A DNA stretch of 64,000 nt from Selaginella moellendorffii (taxonomy: Eukaryota > Plantae > Lycopodiophyta). The notes under the pieces were generated by a model. That model did no database searches. It worked only from the letters and a program-made list of their open reading frames with translations, and was not told the DNA's origin. The position numbers and the translations under genes were made by a program. The stretch's first letter is position 1; the number at the start of each line of letters is the position of its first letter. Shown here in pieces: positions 36,250-50,800 of the stretch. The DNA lies in the NCBI RefSeq assembly GCF_000143415.4, contig NW_003314289.1, positions 317,904-381,903 on the forward strand. Reading direction: 5' to 3'.

Positions 36250-37945
36250 CCTGTCGTTGGCAGTAACAAAATTCTGGTCGCTCATCAGGATTTTCTTGCC
36301 AGCATCTTTCCAATACTTTTGAACGACGGCAACTGCAAGATAATCGTAAGGCAGCTGCGTTAAGCATGGACTTCATGAGATCGATTTTGTGACTGGAAAT
36401 AGACATACTTTGCCCGTCAAAAGTTACCATAGCACTATGCCAGGACTGAAGATGTCAGCTTTTTGGTCATACAGCTTATGCTCGATGACCTGATCATGAA
36501 CTTTCAATCGTTCATTATACAAAAACGGCTGAGTTTACCTCCGGTGTCATCCAGCGATAAGTCTCCGTTTCTGCGGTCATTATGCGTACAACCCCAAAAT
36601 CTAATAACCTTCAAACATAACATATCAAGATAAGAAACAAAACATAATAAATCCATCTCTGCCGAACCTCGTTCTCATCCTCAGATTAGCTGCTTTGAAA
36701 TCCCTATGAAGAATGTTGTTTTGATGTCGATAATCCATGCCCTTGGACACGTCGATACCAAGCCTGAGCACTAGAGGTAACTTCAAAGCTGACCGATGCT
36801 TGTGCAGGTAGTCATAAAGACTCCCCCCAGACAAACATTCTGAAAAGCAGGAAAATAATATACCACAACCATTGGCAACGACCTTACCTGTAAGGCTGTA
36901 ACTATGCACAAATTCGGTGGCATTAAAACAGTAAATGATACCGTAGGCTGAAAACTTCCTGCGCAAACTCTTTTTGCAGGGCGTTCCCGCTTTGAGACCT
37001 TTATGGCGACATCTTGCCCACAATATGTACCTCGATACCTGTGCAACAACTCGTCGATACTCATCAACCTAAAAAAGAAAGAGACCAGCTTACAAATGAT
37101 CCCCTTGTGCGGTAGCCTGAGTTGGTCACTGTCAATTTCCCAATCATCCTTGCCATCAAAAGGAATTTTCAGATGGCCTTGCTTGCGTAGACCATTTGAA
37201 TGCAGATTGGGCTTGATCCAGGCCTCTTTCTGCGACAGCAAACAGTAATTACGATTCATGAGCACATTGAAAATACGTGATGCCTCAAACGCTCCAATGC
37301 AGATTGTAAGCCTTCAGTATCCTACATGAAATCAGAATTAGAGCCTCATGATATTACAGGGAAAAGAAGCAACATACCTCGCATGACCATCCGTCTACAA
37401 CGAAAACATCAAGTGAGTACCCATCGCATGTAGAAAAGGCGTGTGCTACTTGGCTATTTAGTTCTACAACTAAGAAGCTTAGGCTTATCGATCGTTGAGA
37501 TTGTCACCTCGTGCATGCAAAATCCGAGTATATCCACAGCTGAATAAAAACTGGTGAGGCTGTTATAAAATAGATGTAGGAGGACATACCTCGGCGAATT
37601 GTTCGCATTGCTCTCTCGATCATTATTAGTTGTTGAGGTCGGCTAAGGGTCCAAGTTAGGAGATCAACCGAAAGCAGGCGGTGGATGGACACTTCAACCA
37701 CACGAAAATTCAATCACTTACTGCAAGAAGAAGAAAATCCAAAAGCTTACAGTGGAGATTCTTTCGACAGGCACCGGTATCAATTCATCCGATCTCTGTT
37801 GTACCTAGATGTCATCGTTTCGGAAACATGAGTATCTGAATAAAAAAAGACTCATACCAAGAGAACTGCGGGCTCAATTGAACAACTCGGACATGGAAAA
37901 CGGATCTGACGTCGGGATTCTCAGCTATTTGCAGCAATCCGAAGG
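36250..37945 (-). pseudogene. ACT-domain STY/Raf-like protein kinase (STY8/17/46-like) pseudogene
   Basis: Fragments [118 protein letters not shown] and RCWQENPDERPEF, with deletions and frameshifts. Confidence 0.85.
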
Positions 37946-39039
37946 AGAACGTTGTCAAGTCTTTTTGTATTCACATCCAAAGTATACCTGTGACCATCAA
38001 TAAAATCAGCTCCAATATCTAACTTGAATCGAAATTTCATCTCGTGAGCAACCGGTTAAAATGCGCTTGCAACTTTTCTGCGAATCCCGGATTCTGCTTG
38101 GAGTACTAGTCGCTTCATAATTTCTGCTTCGTCTAATAGCCCTTGGGAAGTAGTCACTATTCCGAATTGCAACTGAGCTGATTTGGCTTATGTTTCCTGC
38201 AGATGAGCACCAAAGACTCTAAAGAGTTAAAATAATGGAAGACCGTCAGCTCGCATTATTCCTCCGAGAATGTCTGATTGCCAATCAGCGAACGATCCGA
38301 AGAACAGCTGAACTACACAATAGAGATCAGGGTGAAGATTGGCAACTCTGCATTGTAACCAAAAACAACTCACAGGCGATCGACCGGGACTAGCGAGGCG
38401 GACACTTCCAGCATTCGATGCAGAGAAAGACGCCATCGCCTGACATCCTTCAGGACGATCCAAAGCCCTAGAACGCGATCCAACACAGAAATGCAAGCTA
38501 GAACCCTTCGCAAACCACAGCCGTCGATCTTTACAAAATCCAACGGTGCTGAGTTGGCTGTTTATGGCACATTGTCTTAAATCACTACAACAAGGTTGAA
38601 ATATTCATTGCTCTAGCTTTAAAAACCATCAATTGAGTAGTTAGTTATATGATAGAAATATGTGTGGAAGCTTGGCTGATGGCACCAATTTGACCAATGG
38701 TTATGGTATATGTTTTTGACTTAGATACTAAAATGAAATCTCTAACAAGTTGCATTCCTAATGGAAGAATAGATGTGCCTGTTCTTGATGGCAAAGTCAT
38801 GTCAGTAGAAACAAGAAAAACTATTCACATTTGATATACAAAATGCTAGATTTTGAGTGATAAGATATTAGTTACTTGTTTAGTATATTTTTATTCTATA
38901 TTTATGGTTTTAGTTGAGCAGGTTTCTGTAATCTGAAATCTGTGGAGGCTTGGAATGCACTTAAGAGTGGTTATAATCCACAAGGTCAAAACAACCAAGT
39001 ATTTCAAGCTTTGCTGCAAAAGATGCACCTTTATACTTC

Positions 39040-41373
39040 AAAAGTAAATGAAATATTTATGGTGGTGGATCTGTTTTCGAAGATAACACATTTTATACCC
39101 ACCACAATGGGAGTGGATGCAAAAAATGTGGTGAAGTTGTTCTTCAAACAAGTGGTTCGTGTGCAGGGAAGGCCAAAAAAGATTATCTCTGATCGAGATA
39201 AGATTTTCACCCATAAATTATGGAAAACTCTTCTGGAACAATATTACACCAAATTGAAATTTAGCATCACCTATCACCCACATATAGGTATTAGGTATTA
39301 AGTCAAGATTGATAGTAATAATATTTTTTGACAGATGGACAAACGGAAAGGGTGAATAGGTAGTTAGAGGATTATTTGCAATGCTATATCTCTAGAAACC
39401 AGACTAATTGGGTAAATCATTTGAGAGTTGCGAAAATGTGCTATAACAACTCACCACATTTAAGTATTAGGGTAAGTCTATGGGAAGTCATCAATAGATG
39501 AGTTATTGAAGGTTTTGTGAAACTTGGCATGGTTTAGTATCATGGAGAATTACCCGCAGTGAAGGCATTCATGACAAACAAACTTAACATTTGGAATTTA
39601 GTGAGGGATTCTTTGGAATGGGCTCAATAAAAGTAAATTAAATATGCAGTGCCAAGATATAAAGTTCCAACTTGAGGATAAGGTGTGGTTGAACACCAAG
39701 AACCTAAAGTTATTAAGTGGAATCAGCCAAAAATTGACCCAAAGGTAAAATGTCTGTATTTCTAGAAATGAATTAATCTTGAGTTTCTTAAGCAAGTTCA
39801 CAGGGTTTTATGAGATTGAGGCTCGAATTGGTAAGGTGGCTTATCGTCTTTAACTTCCTCGGGAGGTGGGGAAGATGCACTTTATATTCCACATTGACTT
39901 ACTCAAATAATACTTTGAGGATCCACTTCGCAAGGACCAAGTAAGACCTTTACCTGAGGTTATCCAAAGGGAAGAAGAATATGAAGTTGAAGCCATCTTC
40001 AATGCGAACAAGAGCAAATGACAAGGATGTAAAGTGAGGGAGTTCCATGTGAAGTGAAAAGGATTTCCACACTACAAAGTAATATGGGAACCGAAGGAGA
40101 ACCTAGCAAACGTGCAAGATTTAGTGAAAGAATTTTTGCAAGGTAAAACTCTATGTACTTATGAAAAATTTAATTAAAGTTGTAAGATTAAAAAGAGATG
40201 TTTGATGTGGGTATCAAACTTCTTGTATGAGTGGTGGAGTTGCAAGGAACTAACTCCCTAAAGTGTTGTAAGCTAAAGGATCCCTGAAAGCACAACCAAA
40301 ATGATAAAAGAGTTCATCGGATGAGACCAAATTCGAGATCGAGTTCGAGGTCAACCCTAAGATCTAGTTCGAGGTCAACCCTAAGACCGAGTTCAAGACT
40401 AAGTCCAAGATCAAGTTTAAGATTGACTCCAAGACTGAGTTCGAGATTGAGTTTGAGACTTAGTTGAGACTAAGTCCGAGATTTGAGATTGTGTCCAAGA
40501 CTGAGTTCGAGATCAAGTCTGAGACAAGTTTGATGTCAGGTTCGAGATCGAGTTTGAGATTGAGTCTGAGGTCGAGTCCGAGATTGAGTCCAAGATCGAG
40601 TCCGAAATTGAGTTTAAGGTCAAGTCTAAGATCGAGTCCAAGATCAAGTCTGATATTGAGATTGAGTTTGAGACTGAGTCTAAATCCAAATACTAATACA
40701 GATCGTGGGGTGAAAGCCTAAAGTGTGTGTCTCTAGGAGGGGGGGTGAGGGGGATTACAAAGGGTTTCAAAAGTATAGTAAGGATAATGAGATCCACTCT
40801 TTAATGCTCTAAATTGACTTGAGGTTGAGACTAGGGCTTAGAGGCCTTTGGTGAGAGTGAGTATAGACTCAAATGGTGCCAAAGGGGCCACCCAAGGAAT
40901 GGCTCAAGTGCTTCTTGGAAAGGAAACCAACTGTAATGCTCCTAGCTCATATCAAGTGGTGCTTGATTTAAGTATCTTGTGGCTCATTGGTCCTTGCCCT
41001 TTCTTAGGGGCTTGGGCCTTCCCTTCGAGATGGAAGTGGGGGAATAAGGGTACCCATACCAGGCCATTAGGCTATAGTGTTTCCCTCAGTATCCCTAAGC
41101 AAGTGTTACACCCAAAGCTTGGGATTTAAAAGGTCTTATGATCAAGTCTTATTGTATTAAGGGATGATAGAAATTTGGAGGTTTAGTGTGTTTGGTTACT
41201 TGTGCTTGGAGGGATTATAGTTGAACTTTAAGTTCAATCTAACTCGAGTAGGGGGATTGGGAGAGGATTTAGAAATCCGTGGATAGATGGTTAATGCTCT
41301 ATTATTCATGTAGTGAGTTGTTGAAACCAAGTAAGACCAAATAAGAGCTAATACAATAGATAGGAACCATAAC
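39040..41373 (+). mobile_element. Ty3/gypsy chromovirus remnant: integrase, chromodomain, PPT and decayed 3' LTR (right end approximate)
   Basis: VVDLFSKITHFIP, IISDRDKIF, YHP..DGQTERVN, then chromodomain EEYEVEAI..FHVK*KGF..IWEPKENL (~39970-40140). PPT GAGTGGTGGAGT ends at 40240, and the LTR carries a GAGTCCGAGA-type tandem array (40330-40680). Confidence 0.85.
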
Positions 41374-41539
41374 AAAGGAACTTAACTAAAGCCAAGGCTG
41401 TGGTGGTTAGATAGATAAGATAAGTTAACAAATTGGAAAAGAAAAATGTATGGTTTATACATGATCATCTTTTAGTAATGTCTGGGAACCATACAAATAT
41501 GCATAAAGCTTCTCGAAATCCCAAATCATTGCTAAACAT

Positions 41540-44370
41540 TCATTCTTTATCATGGAATAGCTTATCTCTACTGGGCACATTCATGCTTTCTTGCATTAAG
41601 ACACCCCCAAAATTGATATCAAAAGCATCTATAGGCAAAATGAAAGATTGAGTATAATCAAGATATGCCAAAATTGGAGAAGTTGTCAATAACTTTTTGA
41701 TATCTGTAAGTGCTTCTTTATAATCTTTAGACCACATAAAAGATGATGTTGACAACTTCAGCAACACTCACAATAGTGCAGTATGATCAAAAAGATGATC
41801 AACAAAACAACCGAGATACTACACTTTGTCTAGGAAACACTATACATCATTCACACACTTTAGAGTAGGGAATTTTAAACAACTACAAGTTTATTAAGAT
41901 CAATTTGAAAAACTTCATAAAAAATATAGTACCTAAGGTAAGTCGTGTCCTTAGATCCAAAGATGCACTTTGACCATTTCAGGTTTAAACCACCTTCTTG
42001 CAACCGATCTAACATCTTACAAATATCACAGATGTGCTTATTTCACGTCCCCTCAAAGTGGATCAAAACATTATTAATGAAGTCAATAGTCACCTCCAAT
42101 ATATCACAAAGAACCTCATCCATCATCTGCTAAAAAGTCACTAGAAGATTGTTTAAATTGAACAATATTACCAAGAATTCATATAAACCAAATGGTGTAC
42201 AAAAACAGTCTTGGGAACATTCTTTTTGGCCATCAACACTTGCCAATACCCATAAGTAAGATTTAATTTTATGAACTAATGACTTCTTCTCAAATGATCT
42301 AAAACATCAGTAGTGTGAGGATCTAGATCATCCATATGTATAGCTAAGTCAGTTGTTAGGGTTATATATGGGTGTTATCTATATATATATATATATATAT
42401 ATACCATATAATATATTGTGTAATATATCTTTCAATAAAATCTAAATGTGATACTTCACTAAAGTCAACAAAACAACTGAGATACTACACTTTGCCTAAG
42501 AAGCGTTACACATTATTCACATACTTCAGCATAAGGAACTTTGAAACAGCCACAACTTTGTCATGATCAATTTGCAAACCTTTATAAGAAATATAGTACT
42601 TAAAATAAGTCATGTCCTTGGACTTAAACACGCACTTTGACCACTTTAATTTTAAACCAACTTCCTACAATTGATCCAACACTTTACAAACATCACAAAC
42701 ATGCTCTTCCCACATCCCCTCCAAGCGGATCAAAACATCATCGATGAAGTTAGCAGTCACCTTTAGTATATCACAAAAACACTTCATCCATCATTCACTA
42801 AAAAATTGTTGGAGCATTATTCAAATAGAACAACATTATTAAAAACTTATATAAACTAAATGGTGTACAAAAAGTAGTTTTGGGAACATCATCTTTAGCC
42901 ATTAGCACTTGCCAATACTCATAGGCAAGATCTAACTTAATAAACCAATAATTTCTCCTCAAACAATTTAAGAGATTAATAGTGTGAGGAAAAGAGTATA
43001 TATTTAGGATAGTCACTTCATTTAACGGAAGATATTCAATGTAGAAATAAATACTCTCATCAAGCTTCATCATAAGATGAAGTTCACATGTTCAAGGACT
43101 CTAAAAATTTTGGATATGCCCTTTTTCTAACATTTCTTTGATGTTCATATGTTGTCGCGAATGTGATTTCAGGTATCAAAAGTTACCTGTCGGCTAGTCC
43201 TTACGGACACTCTTACTTTACTGCCACGATGGCAGGAGGTCGGTATTACTGGACCCGTTATTAGTCTCCGCCTAAGCTAGTTGAGAAACTGGTCATCACA
43301 TGTGCACTTAGACCGGAAGGGCACTAAGGAAGGAAATCCTAAGTTGTCATTTAGTCAAGCATACTTGACACGGTGATGAGAAACTCATGACGTTGGTTTG
43401 CACTTGCTAGTGTTGGGAACCCCCGCGATATTGAGATTAATCCCTCAATATTCGCTAAATGATAGCTTACCGTGTCTGCCAAACACCCTCGCTATCATGC
43501 CCTTTGTGTTGGTATCATTTCGGTCCCAAATGCTATTTATGGAAAGTGTCCAGATTTGCTCATTTGGCATATTTACGGAATGTAAAGATCGTCTTGAACA
43601 CAATGGTGTTTGTCTCGTGTCCAAATTCACAATCTAAGGACATTCCATATTTAGTAAGTTTTGAGCTTGTCCCAGAGACTAACTCCTTATACTAAGGGAG
43701 GCTTGGGGTGAAAGCCCAAAGCGTGTGTTCCTCAAGGGGGGGGGGGGGGATATGGGGGGTTCCAAATGTATAGTAGGGATAGTGGGTAAGTCGGGCATGG
43801 CCAACCAACCTGAGGCATAGTCTAGCTTCCGCTTGCGTGCCTGTCCTTGTTCTGCGTCCGACTTGGGTATAAGCCCAAGTTCCATTCCATGCTAGTTGGT
43901 GGAGTACCCATATCCTCGCGTTAGGCCACTGGTATGCCGAAATAGCGCCAGACTTCGTTTGGCTCTGTTTTGCGTGCTAGTCCTAGCATTGGGATGTTGG
44001 TTGCTCCAGGACTATTCCAAGTCACTCCGGGCTCCTGTCCCTTCGCTCCTTGGGCTTTATGCTCGGGAGTTGCTCCGTGGTTCGGTTCCGTCACTCCTTG
44101 GCTCCATGCTTAGGAGTTTAGTACCGTTCCTTCGTTCAGTGGCCCAAGGCCCTGAACCTCAGGTTCCTATGGACACGTGGCATGGACACGTGGCATGTGA
44201 CACGTGGCATCTGTCATGTGGCACAAAGAGGGTTTAGGTTCCGTTTCGTGGTGTTATCCTATGGTAAATCACCATAGGATAAAGGGTCAAAACCACGTGC
44301 GCTACATATGTAAAATTTTGATCTTCTTCAATGATTGACACCAAACAAGAACCTTGATTGGATAAACATC
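41540..44370 (-). mobile_element. Degenerate Ty3/gypsy pol fragments (two RT pieces plus RNase H), interrupted by a solo LTR
   Basis: KLDLAYEYWQV..KDDVPKTTFCTPF.LYKF..NNAPTIF, F-I-D-D-V-L-I RT core, and LTTSPILAY..FILPIDA. The RT start continues across the solo LTR. Confidence 0.82.
43153..44306. mobile_element. Solo LTR (~1.15 kb) with 5-bp TSD TATGT
   Basis: Termini TGTCGCG...CGCTACA. TATGT occurs at 43148-43152 and 44307-44311, and the host RT sequence resumes on both sides. Confidence 0.85.
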
Positions 44371-44815
44371 CCTAATTGTAATAAGATAACATGTTACAAT
44401 AAAAATCAAAGAGATTAACATACTCCTTTTTGAGTTGATTCACCGCTACAAAACAAAGGCTGTCAAATGGATTTGGAGAGGGAATAAAGGAGCAAGATGG
44501 AAACATAATAAAATTAATAGAAAAACAAAAGTGATGGAAGTACAGGTAAAAGCAAAAGGATGAAAAAGAATAAAATTGAGAAGAATGAAAGAAATATTAA
44601 GAAATATGAAGCAAAAGAAGAAACCTCAAAGTTATATTTGGCATGATTGTGCTACAATCAATTCATACGAAGGATGAGGTTAAAAACTTGACTTACCACT
44701 CACAATAATTAAAGTTCAAGCTCTAGATTACCCACATATACAGTTAAGTCTGCCTCATCCCATGCATATGCATGATTGTTGCTATAAAGAATAAAGATTG
44801 ATTTTGCCACACGAT

Positions 44816-47800
44816 TATAAGTGATTAATTTTTTCCATTCTACTTTAGTCACTTAACCACACCTCTGACCACTTGGAGGAGTCTCACTCACAACCTCCAT
44901 AAGTCTTATTTTGGACTTGGGCTTGCTAGCCCCGAGAATGACATCCCTGCCACTCAACCTTTGCACTTGGTCCAAGTGCTCTACGTGTCCGATCCCTTGA
45001 CCAACACCCCAAGGTACCACCGACATATCAGCCTATTATGCTAAGGCCATGCCCATTCACCTTGGTCACATTGGTGGTATAACACCACCTACATCACGCC
45101 CCGTCTCTCAAAGACTGGGCCATCCATCCATGAGTGATCATCCCAGATCCGTTCCTTAGCATCCTTAGGATGCCCATAGACATGGGGAATAGCTTTCCCC
45201 AATATCCCTTTTCTGGTCCCCACCAAGTCCCTTTCTGCCCATGGCCGTGTTCGCCAACATTGCCACTGGATCAAGGCCCACAGGCCCAACCACTAAGTCC
45301 CATGGTTCTCTGGGACTTCCTCCTCACATGACCGTATCCTTGGTCTCTACACTATAGGATGGCTCCTCTTCCTTTTCATAGTCTGGGACCTTGGGGCAAC
45401 ATTTCGGAACACTGTGGCCTTACGCAAGCCCCGTGGGTACTCTCCCTGCCTTCCGCCTTTGGGTGCTCTAGCCATGGGCTTAGAGCGAGGTTCTGTTGAG
45501 CCACACCAGGTATCCAAGTAGGTAGTGCCACCCACACTTGGACTGGGAGCATCGGCCAATCCATCTCTCGGGGGAACTAAAGCCGGCTCATGAACACTTC
45601 ACCAAGCTACCCCACTTATCGGTCCATGTTCACTCTAGTCTTGGACTTCCCAGTGGGCAGCTCATCACCCAACACTGGGTACAGCCTTTCTGGGCCAAAC
45701 TGGCCTTTCCTGGCCAAACTGGCTTCACTGCAGTCCTCCCCCTTACTATACTTTTGGAGCTCACCAAACCCCCAGGGTCTGGGAGACGAATGCTTTGGGC
45801 TTTCACCCTCTCAGACTCAGACTCGGACTCGAACTCAGACTTGAACTTGGACTCGGACTCGGACTTGGACTCGGGCTGGGCTCGGCCTCGGCCTCGGCCT
45901 CGGTCTCGGTCTCGGTCTCGGTCTCGGCCTCGGCCTCGGTCTCGGTCTCAGTCTCGATCTCGGTCTCGGTCTCGGTCCCATCTCGGACTCTATCTTGGGT
46001 CCATCTCAGACTCCATCTCGGGTCCACCTCGGACTCCACCTCGAACCCAATTCGGGTCCATCTCGGATCCATCTCGAACTCCACGTCAGACTCCATCTCG
46101 GACTCCATCTCGGGTCCATCTCGGACTCCACCTCGGACTTCAACTCGGGTCCATCTCGGGTCCATCTCAGACTCCACCTCGGACTCCAACTTGAACTCCA
46201 TCTCGGACTCTATCTCAGACTCCATCTCGGGTCCATCTCGAACTCCATCTCGGGTCCATTTCAGACTCCACCTCGGACTCCAACTTGAACTCCATCTGGG
46301 ACTCCATCTGGGACTCCAACTTGGACTCCATCTCAGGTCCATCTCGGGCACTTCCACGTGTCATGTGTTAGTCCTTTTGGGTCCCTTTTTAGAGCCTTGC
46401 TTATTGCTTGCTTCATGCTCATTCCTCGAGCACTTTGTTGGGAGTTCCACTCCCACTCATGACCTTTCCAATCCGAGCTTTTAGTCCAAACGTGTTACGC
46501 TTGTTTGGCTTTCGCTTTAGCCACTACCACGTGGTGCCCTTCCAGCTCCACTTTGGGGCCTAGGGATTTTGTGTCTCACAACTCCACCACCCATAGACGA
46601 AGTTTGATGTCCTCATCGAACGATAAATCATTTTATAAAGTAATACCAACATGTATTACCCTTCCCATTCTTGGCACCTCACCAACATTCATCAATGGTT
46701 TGATACCAAAGGCTCACCATGCCTTACCCATCCTCTAAAGAGGATAATCTCTCCAACTTAGAGACTGATTGTAGTGGTTCTCTCCTTTTATTGGTTTAGT
46801 TCTCACTAAACCTGTAAGAGACACCCTTTCTAACTCAATTCCACTACTCATTCTCGAGTAGTCTCAGATTCCATCAACCTATCCTTTGCACTTTGGAATT
46901 TTTACTTTTGACTTTTCAAAGTCAATTTTTTAGGTGTCTCCGACACCTTGCTTTGCACATATTGTGCAACTCCATTTCCCCATCCTAAGAAATTCTCTAC
47001 TTGAGGGCACTATCATCCTCTTTTCTATTTTGTGCCACTTTGGGCACTAAGTTCCAGTTATCATACTTTGTGCTAAGGCTGTCTATGGCCTTATCATTTG
47101 GCAACCTTACCGCTCCCACCCTTGGAGCTTCCACTTTGCCACATTAGAGCAATTGGGAATCCATCCTTGGGAATACATTGCCTTTCCCACAATCCGTTAG
47201 CACTCAACACTTTAGTGGTCTTAGCCTAACTTTGCCATTTGGATTCTTTCCCATGATTCCCATGGCTCTTTATTTAGCCACTAGTCTTTTGCTCCTATCC
47301 TTGATTATTGCACCCAGCAACATAGGATCGCTACCTCCATTTTTGAGGTATCCTTTTGGTTCCATAGCAAACACTTTGCTTTGCCAAGTCCAAAAGGTGT
47401 TCACCCCTAGTACGTCTCTTTCACATTTTCTACTGTGGGCCCTATCTACGGCCCAACCTTTGAGACCCTTTCTTGGATCTCTTATAGAGACTACTTTCCT
47501 TGGACTTACTATGCCATCGCATTGACATAACTCATTTCCCTTAGGTGTTCTTCCCACTTGGTCACCTTGACCAAGCCACTCCATCATCAATAGTTCAAAT
47601 TAACACTTTTGAACTAGGAACTTTATCCCTTAACCTCACAAGGACTTTGTCCTTGTTTTAGCTATAAGACCACCTAGTGATCTAACTTTGGCACCTTAAC
47701 CGGTTTGCCAATAGGTACTAAATCTTCCAGACTTTTAAGTTGTTCATCATGACCCCAGGGGCATCCCCCATACTTGGCGGTGCACCCAAGCTAACCCTTT

Positions 47801-50800
47801 CGGCCAAGGGTCCATAGCAACTGAGACTAGGTGTCCCCATTTCATTCACCACATCCTTGGTGCCACTCGCACCAAGTGTTCAAGTTAGATATGCCGAGCC
47901 ATACTAAGCAATTTAATCGTGCATCACGACTCCGAGGCATCCCTCACTTGGCGGTGTGCCCAAACCAGTCTCCTCACTGAGAGTCCATGACCACCGAAAA
48001 ATGAGTGTCCTCATATTCCAAACCATCACCACGCCCTAGTGATTTAAGACTCGAACCCAAGCACTAAAGGGTCGGGACTTGAACCCAACCTCCGTATATG
48101 CATCTACGGACGGCATCACATCGGATGCCTGGCATGACTCCCCAGACCGGTGCACCATCATGTACTTAAAGTGCGCTATAGATCATAGCTTAGGAACCTA
48201 GTTCCTCCACACTGCCAAGTCCTCTCACTTGACAAGTCTGTGATCATGTATGGACTCCTCCATGCTCGGCCCCATGGCCCACCCCTTTTGAAGTTAACAC
48301 CTTCAACTAGGGAATTTGTTCCCTTGACTTGCCAATCTCACTTAGCAAGTCATCCGGCCACCGTAACATGGTTCATGCATAAGCGTGAAAGTCCTTAACC
48401 ATCGACTTTCGTTCAAACCCTCTCTTTGAACACTCGGGAATTACTTCCCCAACCTTGATAGCCTCGCCTCATGGCCAACTTCAAGACCATGCTTCTGCTG
48501 CGCCACTCTGATTTCACGCACTCTATGAACCATTTACACTTGGTTTTCTAGGTACTTATCTACCTAAAATTATCTTTGGGAACCTTCAAGGAACTCTGTT
48601 CCTTAACTTGCTAAGGCTTCTCTTTCGCAAGCTCCCTACTCCCCATATGGTCTAACATGGATAATTCCACTTTTTATACCCTCCATGGCATCGCAATTGC
48701 TAGTAGCAACATCCTTGAGCACCCTCTTGATTCTCCACTCCCAACTTATATAACCATCGTTGGTTATGCCCTTCAATTTCTATGGTTTAGTTCCATTTCA
48801 ATAATACTTGCGTTTGGCCTCATATGTTTACTTCTTCTCCTCCAGACTAGGAGGATAACTTTGCACATTCTACCATGCCTTAGCAAGTATTCATAGGGAT
48901 GAACCTACTTGATAACTTAGGGAGTGGTTCCTCAGTCTAGGCATGCTCAACTTATAATCCCACACACCGGGATTATTGTTATTATTTATGGGCTTCCATA
49001 GGCTCATCACTTGCCTTGCCAAAATCCCATTTTGGTTTTATCCAAATCTGGTAGAGAGATTTCTCCCGTCTTTGCAACCTTGGACATTTGGATAACATTT
49101 TTTATCCATCATTCGCTAGGGATTTAGTCTCTTGGGCATAATCCATTGCCCTCGCAACAAGTAAACACCAACTCTTGGTGTTCTAAGAGTGTTTGGGTAT
49201 CCCAATGATGGCCTTCTTGACAATGAGCATTTTCTTTTATGACATTGACTCACTATATCGCAACATAAGCATTAATCCCCGATAAGGGTATATTTAAATT
49301 CTTTATGCCATTAAAAAGTCTTGGGTAACTACCTTCTATCCGTTTGACCAATTACTTGCCCTCTTGCTTAATTGCTTCATAGTTGTCAAGTCTTACAACT
49401 CATTGTTAGTGCTTCTACACCTCCATCATTATCCAGGCCACCACACTCTACCACATGCCTTCTAGCTTAGGCTATATCATTCCCACTTCCATTGGGATTC
49501 CTTTGGTAAGGGGTTCTCATGAACCCATCAACATAACCTCAAGGCATCACACCTTAGCCCATTTGATGTCTCCACACCATCGGCTCCATGCGTCTGCCTT
49601 TATGACACTTTGCACTTGTGTTTAGGTCTTTGCTAAGACCAATCCAGTCGTTTCTCATGCCAACTATCCGTTAGCACTACACTATAGTATTCGCACACAA
49701 CTTTGTACCAAAGTTGCTTTTTCTAGGAACACCTTTCCCAAGACTTTAGCATGGCACATTCTGCCATCGATGAGATACCCTCTGTTTTCATCCTTAGATC
49801 CTATGATCCCCCCTATCATTCGTGGGGTACAACACACCTCAATCCAAATGCTTCTATCAATCTTTTAGGATTGTTCTTTGACTCTATTTGAGTCCTCCAG
49901 CTTTTTGGACTTTGTCATTCGACGACCCATGAGGTCCCACCTTTGAGGTGCTAGCACACTGGAATACAACTTCTTGTATTCAAGTCCTACTCACAAGGAT
50001 CATTTTTGCAAGTGTTACTCCGACACTTGATTTGTTCTCTTGGGGCAACCTTTTACCCCTTATGACCACTTGTATATGTGATGAGAATACCAACTCATCC
50101 TCTAAGTACGCCCCTAGCTCCTTGGGTTGTTCCAGCATTTATTAGAGGTAGCCTTGACTACCATTTCAAGGACTTGTGTCCTCTTCCGTATTTGACCTTC
50201 CATGGTCATTAATTCTGGTCTCAAATTCATGAACACTAGCCTCAACTATATGAGGGTAATCTTGTAACTCCATTATCGTCTTGGAGTTTGCATCTTTCCC
50301 GTGATCCGAACTATAGTTGTTTACCACCCATTTTCTGCGTCAAATGCTCATTTGGATCACATCCTCAACTCTCTAAAGAAACCCTCATACTATTCCCAAG
50401 ATCCCAAAGTCGTTCCCTTATTGGCCCTTTTCCATCCACCACATCGTGCACAAGTTCACGCATGAACTCGAGTGGAGAGCCATGTCCTTTTGACATGCTA
50501 CTCCTTGAGGATAGGTCCATACCTAGGATTTTCCAATTCCAATATAAGTGGTAATATACTTGGCCACCAATAAGAGTCGGACTAAGAAACAGCTCCGATA
50601 CCAAGTTGTAAGCGACTAATTTTTTCCATTCTACTTTAGTCACTTAACCACACCTCTGACCACTTGGAGGAGTCTCACTCACAACCTCCATAAGTCCTAT
50701 TTTGGACTTGGGCTTGCTAGCCCCGAGAATGGCATCCATGCCACTCAACTTTTGCACTTGGTCCAAGTGCTCCACGTGTTCGATCCCTTGACCGACACCC

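Noticed and set aside
45538-46484. Long Arg/Ser/Pro/Gly-Leu ORFs here and at 51526-52248; superficially CRISPR-like periodicity
   Set aside because: They are translations of 6-bp and 12-bp tandem arrays inside LTRs. There are no unique spacers or cas genes, and the context is eukaryotic.
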